Below, piece after piece: positions 21,094-23,545 of a stretch of 23,545 nt of DNA. This DNA comes from Psammoneis japonica. Taxonomy: Eukaryota. Below the pieces are notes generated by a model that did no database searches, was not told the origin of the DNA, and worked only from the letters and a program-made list of their open reading frames with translations. The stretch lies in contig QPGO01000038.1 of assembly GCA_008632985.1 (NCBI GenBank), positions 521,939-545,483 of the forward strand, given 5' to 3'. Positions within the stretch are counted from its first letter, which is position 1; every line of letters starts with the position of its first letter. The position numbers and the translations under genes are program-made.

Positions 21094-21430
21094 CGTTGAG
21101 CTCTCGTCAAAGCTCAACGCATTCTTCCTCTAATTGGGCAAGAATTGGGAACAATTAACGCATCCAACGCTTTTAGTTTAAATATATATATTGATAAATA
21201 TTTGTATGTTCATTTTCTACATCGCGGCCCGGAATTCTCAATCGCGGCCCAGCAAATCGCAATCGCGGCCCAGTCTCAACGCATGCCAACGCTTTTACAA
21301 TAAATATATTAATTATTATATATTTGTATGTTCATTTTCTGAATCTCTGCCCACAAATTCGCAATCTCTGCCCAGTCTCAACGCATCCTCAAATTTTTGG
21401 GTAAAAATTCAACGCATGCCACCCAACAGT
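21094..21430. repeat. Nested direct-repeat cluster with a terminal hairpin (possible non-autonomous transposon end)
   Basis: Two related units of ~120 and ~100 bp start at 21157 and 21278 (AACGCAT(G)CCAACGCTTTTA...ATATTTGTATGTTCATTTTCT...CCCAGTCTC). They contain ATCGCGGCCC x3 and AATCTCTGCCCA x2. A 9-bp stem CGTTGAGCT/AGCTCAACG lies at 21094-21119. Confidence 0.85.
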
Positions 21431-22964
21431 GCTTGTCAAGTCGTTATGGTTGTTGAGTGGTGCGCCTCCGAGTTTCACACGCCATGATGGTGCGGATTGT
21501 TTGTCGGGTGCAGGGGTGCAAAAAGGGATGATGTTGTTTGTTGTTGTACAAATCAGCGTTTTGTGCGAGTAGCGACGATGCCCCTCGGTTGCTTAAATTA
21601 TGCAAGGAGGGAAAACGTTAATTCCCAGTGAGAGGCTCCTGTGTTGCAGACGACACCAACACTTTACACACGTTCTTGCTGATGCGTGCCCAGTCTCCCA
21701 TCCTCTTTCGCTTCCTGTTGATTACTCAATCAATTTCCCAAAGTTCAAAAACAAAAAAAATTTCAACTTCAAACTTGCAAGTACGGATCCCAAATGACAC
21801 CAATGTTTTCGATTCGCTGTTTTTCGAGATGTGCCAATTTTCCCATTCTTTGATTTGTGACTGACCGTTGACCATCTGACCATTATCCCAAGTTCTTTCC
21901 GGCGTCGTTTTCCCCCCTGGGAACATTACAATACCCCCCGTTCCGTGAATTGAAAGAGAAGAAAGACGCACTTTCCCGTTTATTGCCCAGCATCTTCCAC
22001 ACGGCACCAACTGTTTGTCGAGTTTCGCTTCTCGGCCTATCACCCTTTGTTGCAAACCATTGCCCTTGAAACTGCTGTCCTAGATTTATCCCATCCTTGA
22101 TGTGCAATTACCGTCTCGGTTCTAACAAACCAATGACATATCGTACATGCGTTTCCAACTACTCGTGACTTTGTATTCCGGGGTGCGAGTAACCATGATT
22201 TAAAGAGTCGCGGACGTTCCTTGTGTCCCGATCCGAATCATACAGTGAATTGGGTTAGTAGTTAGACGTGTATGACAAGAGAGGGGTGATGTTTTGTTGT
22301 GCGGGGTTAGCTGTCGTGCAGTTTTCAAAGGGAATATTAGCGCAAGATAATTCTATAGGTACTTTTATTTTGATTGTATTGGGTAGTAGAATCTCTAGCT
22401 ACTAGTACAGAATGTAAAACAAGAATAACAGAGATCGTATCCGAATAGTCTCCCTGCTTTCCTATTGATATCGTTCGCTTCTAAAAACACTGTTTCTCTC
22501 GAGTATACGTAGGGCGCTAGAACACACTTCCCTCTAGTGCGGTGCATTTTTCGTTCGGATGAAGTAATTCCCACAACAACGACAAGTCGTCTTGTAAAGG
22601 AGAATCGCTTCCTGTTGGCTAAATGAGGAGAACTCGTGCGTAGCATGGGTTTGATCGACAACTTTGTTCTTGTTTTGGCGTCCACGACCGCTTTTGCAAT
22701 GCCACAATAAGATGGACAGCAAAGCAATCCTTGAGTGTTGCAATGAGCTCCATATTCCAGCGTAGATGATCAAGCAAGACACACGTGACGGCATGGCAGA
22801 CGTATGCTGTGTCATGGCCACGTGCATTCTGGGTTCTTCCTCTGGCTGTTGAACGAAGTGGGGTATGATAGGCATGTCTATCAGTCCGTACGTTTTGCGG
22901 ATCAATATACGTGAAGGCCACACTCCGACCCAGCCTGCCATCCCAGACAACTCTACTACCGGTG

Positions 22965-23545
22965 TCATAATGACTTGTCTGCACCTCGAACAGTCTCTGC
23001 TACTCCACTGCTCACGAGCCACTCTGCAACTGCTGACGCCACAACGTCTCGACCAACTTCATTGAGGTGCAGCGAGTCGCTCAGTACGACGTTTCCAATC
23101 CAACCCGAACATATCTTCCATGATAACCCAAATAAGTGGTGCATTACACTCATTACGGACCCCAGCAAGAGAAAGTAATCCACCGGAATAACCTTGTTGC
23201 GACGACCCTCTGTTGACAAAATGCGTCGCTCCAGTGTCTTGTAGACTGGAACAACAGTATATTTTTCTCGAAATACTTCAGAAGCAACAAGCTTTTCAAT
23301 TCTAACATTGGTTTCCTTGACGAGACGATTTGCTTTTGCATTGGTCACGTCCTCGCCCATGGGAGGCAGCGTACAAACGCCGATGCGCTTGATGCTTTCG
23401 TGTTGCATCATGCGATTCAGCATGGCTTTGACATGGAGCAAGAGATCATCCACGGTTGGCTCCTGAGGTAACTTCCACATTTTAACCATTTCGCGTCCCC
23501 ACGATGCCTTGTAGACGGATCGTAAATCGTTGGTTCCAATCCACA
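22965..23545 (-). CDS. SGNH/GDSL hydrolase family protein, 3' part (5' end outside the window)
   Basis: The frame is open to the window edge: WIGTNDLR (block III, GxND), CTLPPMGE, and DSLHLNEVG (block V, DxxH). Confidence 0.85.
   Translation of the reverse strand, partial: WIGTNDLRSVYKASWGREMVKMWKLPQEPTVDDLLLHVKAMLNRMMQHESIKRIGVCTLPPMGEDVTNAKANRLVKETNVRIEKLVASEVFREKYTVVPVYKTLERRILSTEGRRNKVIPVDYFLLLGSVMSVMHHLFGLSWKICSGWIGNVVLSDSLHLNEVGRDVVASAVAEWLVSSGVAETVRGADKSL

Noticed and set aside
20437..22960. Short ORFs at 20585-21099, 21600-22107 and 22395-23022
   Set aside because: No recognisable motifs or consistent splice pattern; they may be relics but cannot be supported.

Overview
This is eukaryotic DNA, most likely from a diatom: it has ~100-nt GT-AG introns, signal peptide + Phe plastid-targeting leaders, and a CoDi-like copia Gag relic. 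The window has two sharply different parts. (1) Bases 1-~6010 are degenerate transposon DNA: the 5' LTR, PBS and gag of a Ty1/copia element, and the C-terminal relic of a probable DNA-transposon protein. TpA is almost erased here (about 16 by manual scan in 6 kb). Codon relics suggest TpA was converted to TpG/CpA (Tyr->Cys/His), on top of CpG->TpG/CpA decay. This looks like a repeat-targeted A:T->G:C hypermutation, opposite in direction to fungal RIP, and is the main candidate new system. No enzyme that could cause it is visible in the window. (2) Bases ~6100-23545 are ordinary gene-rich sequence: eIF4G (3 exons), a bifunctional-nuclease/UVR-like protein, a diatom-specific protein, an FAD-dependent oxidoreductase, an alpha/beta hydrolase, a two-domain CP12 protein (2 exons), a mitochondrial-carrier pseudogene, a small nested repeat cluster, and the 3' part of an SGNH/GDSL hydrolase.
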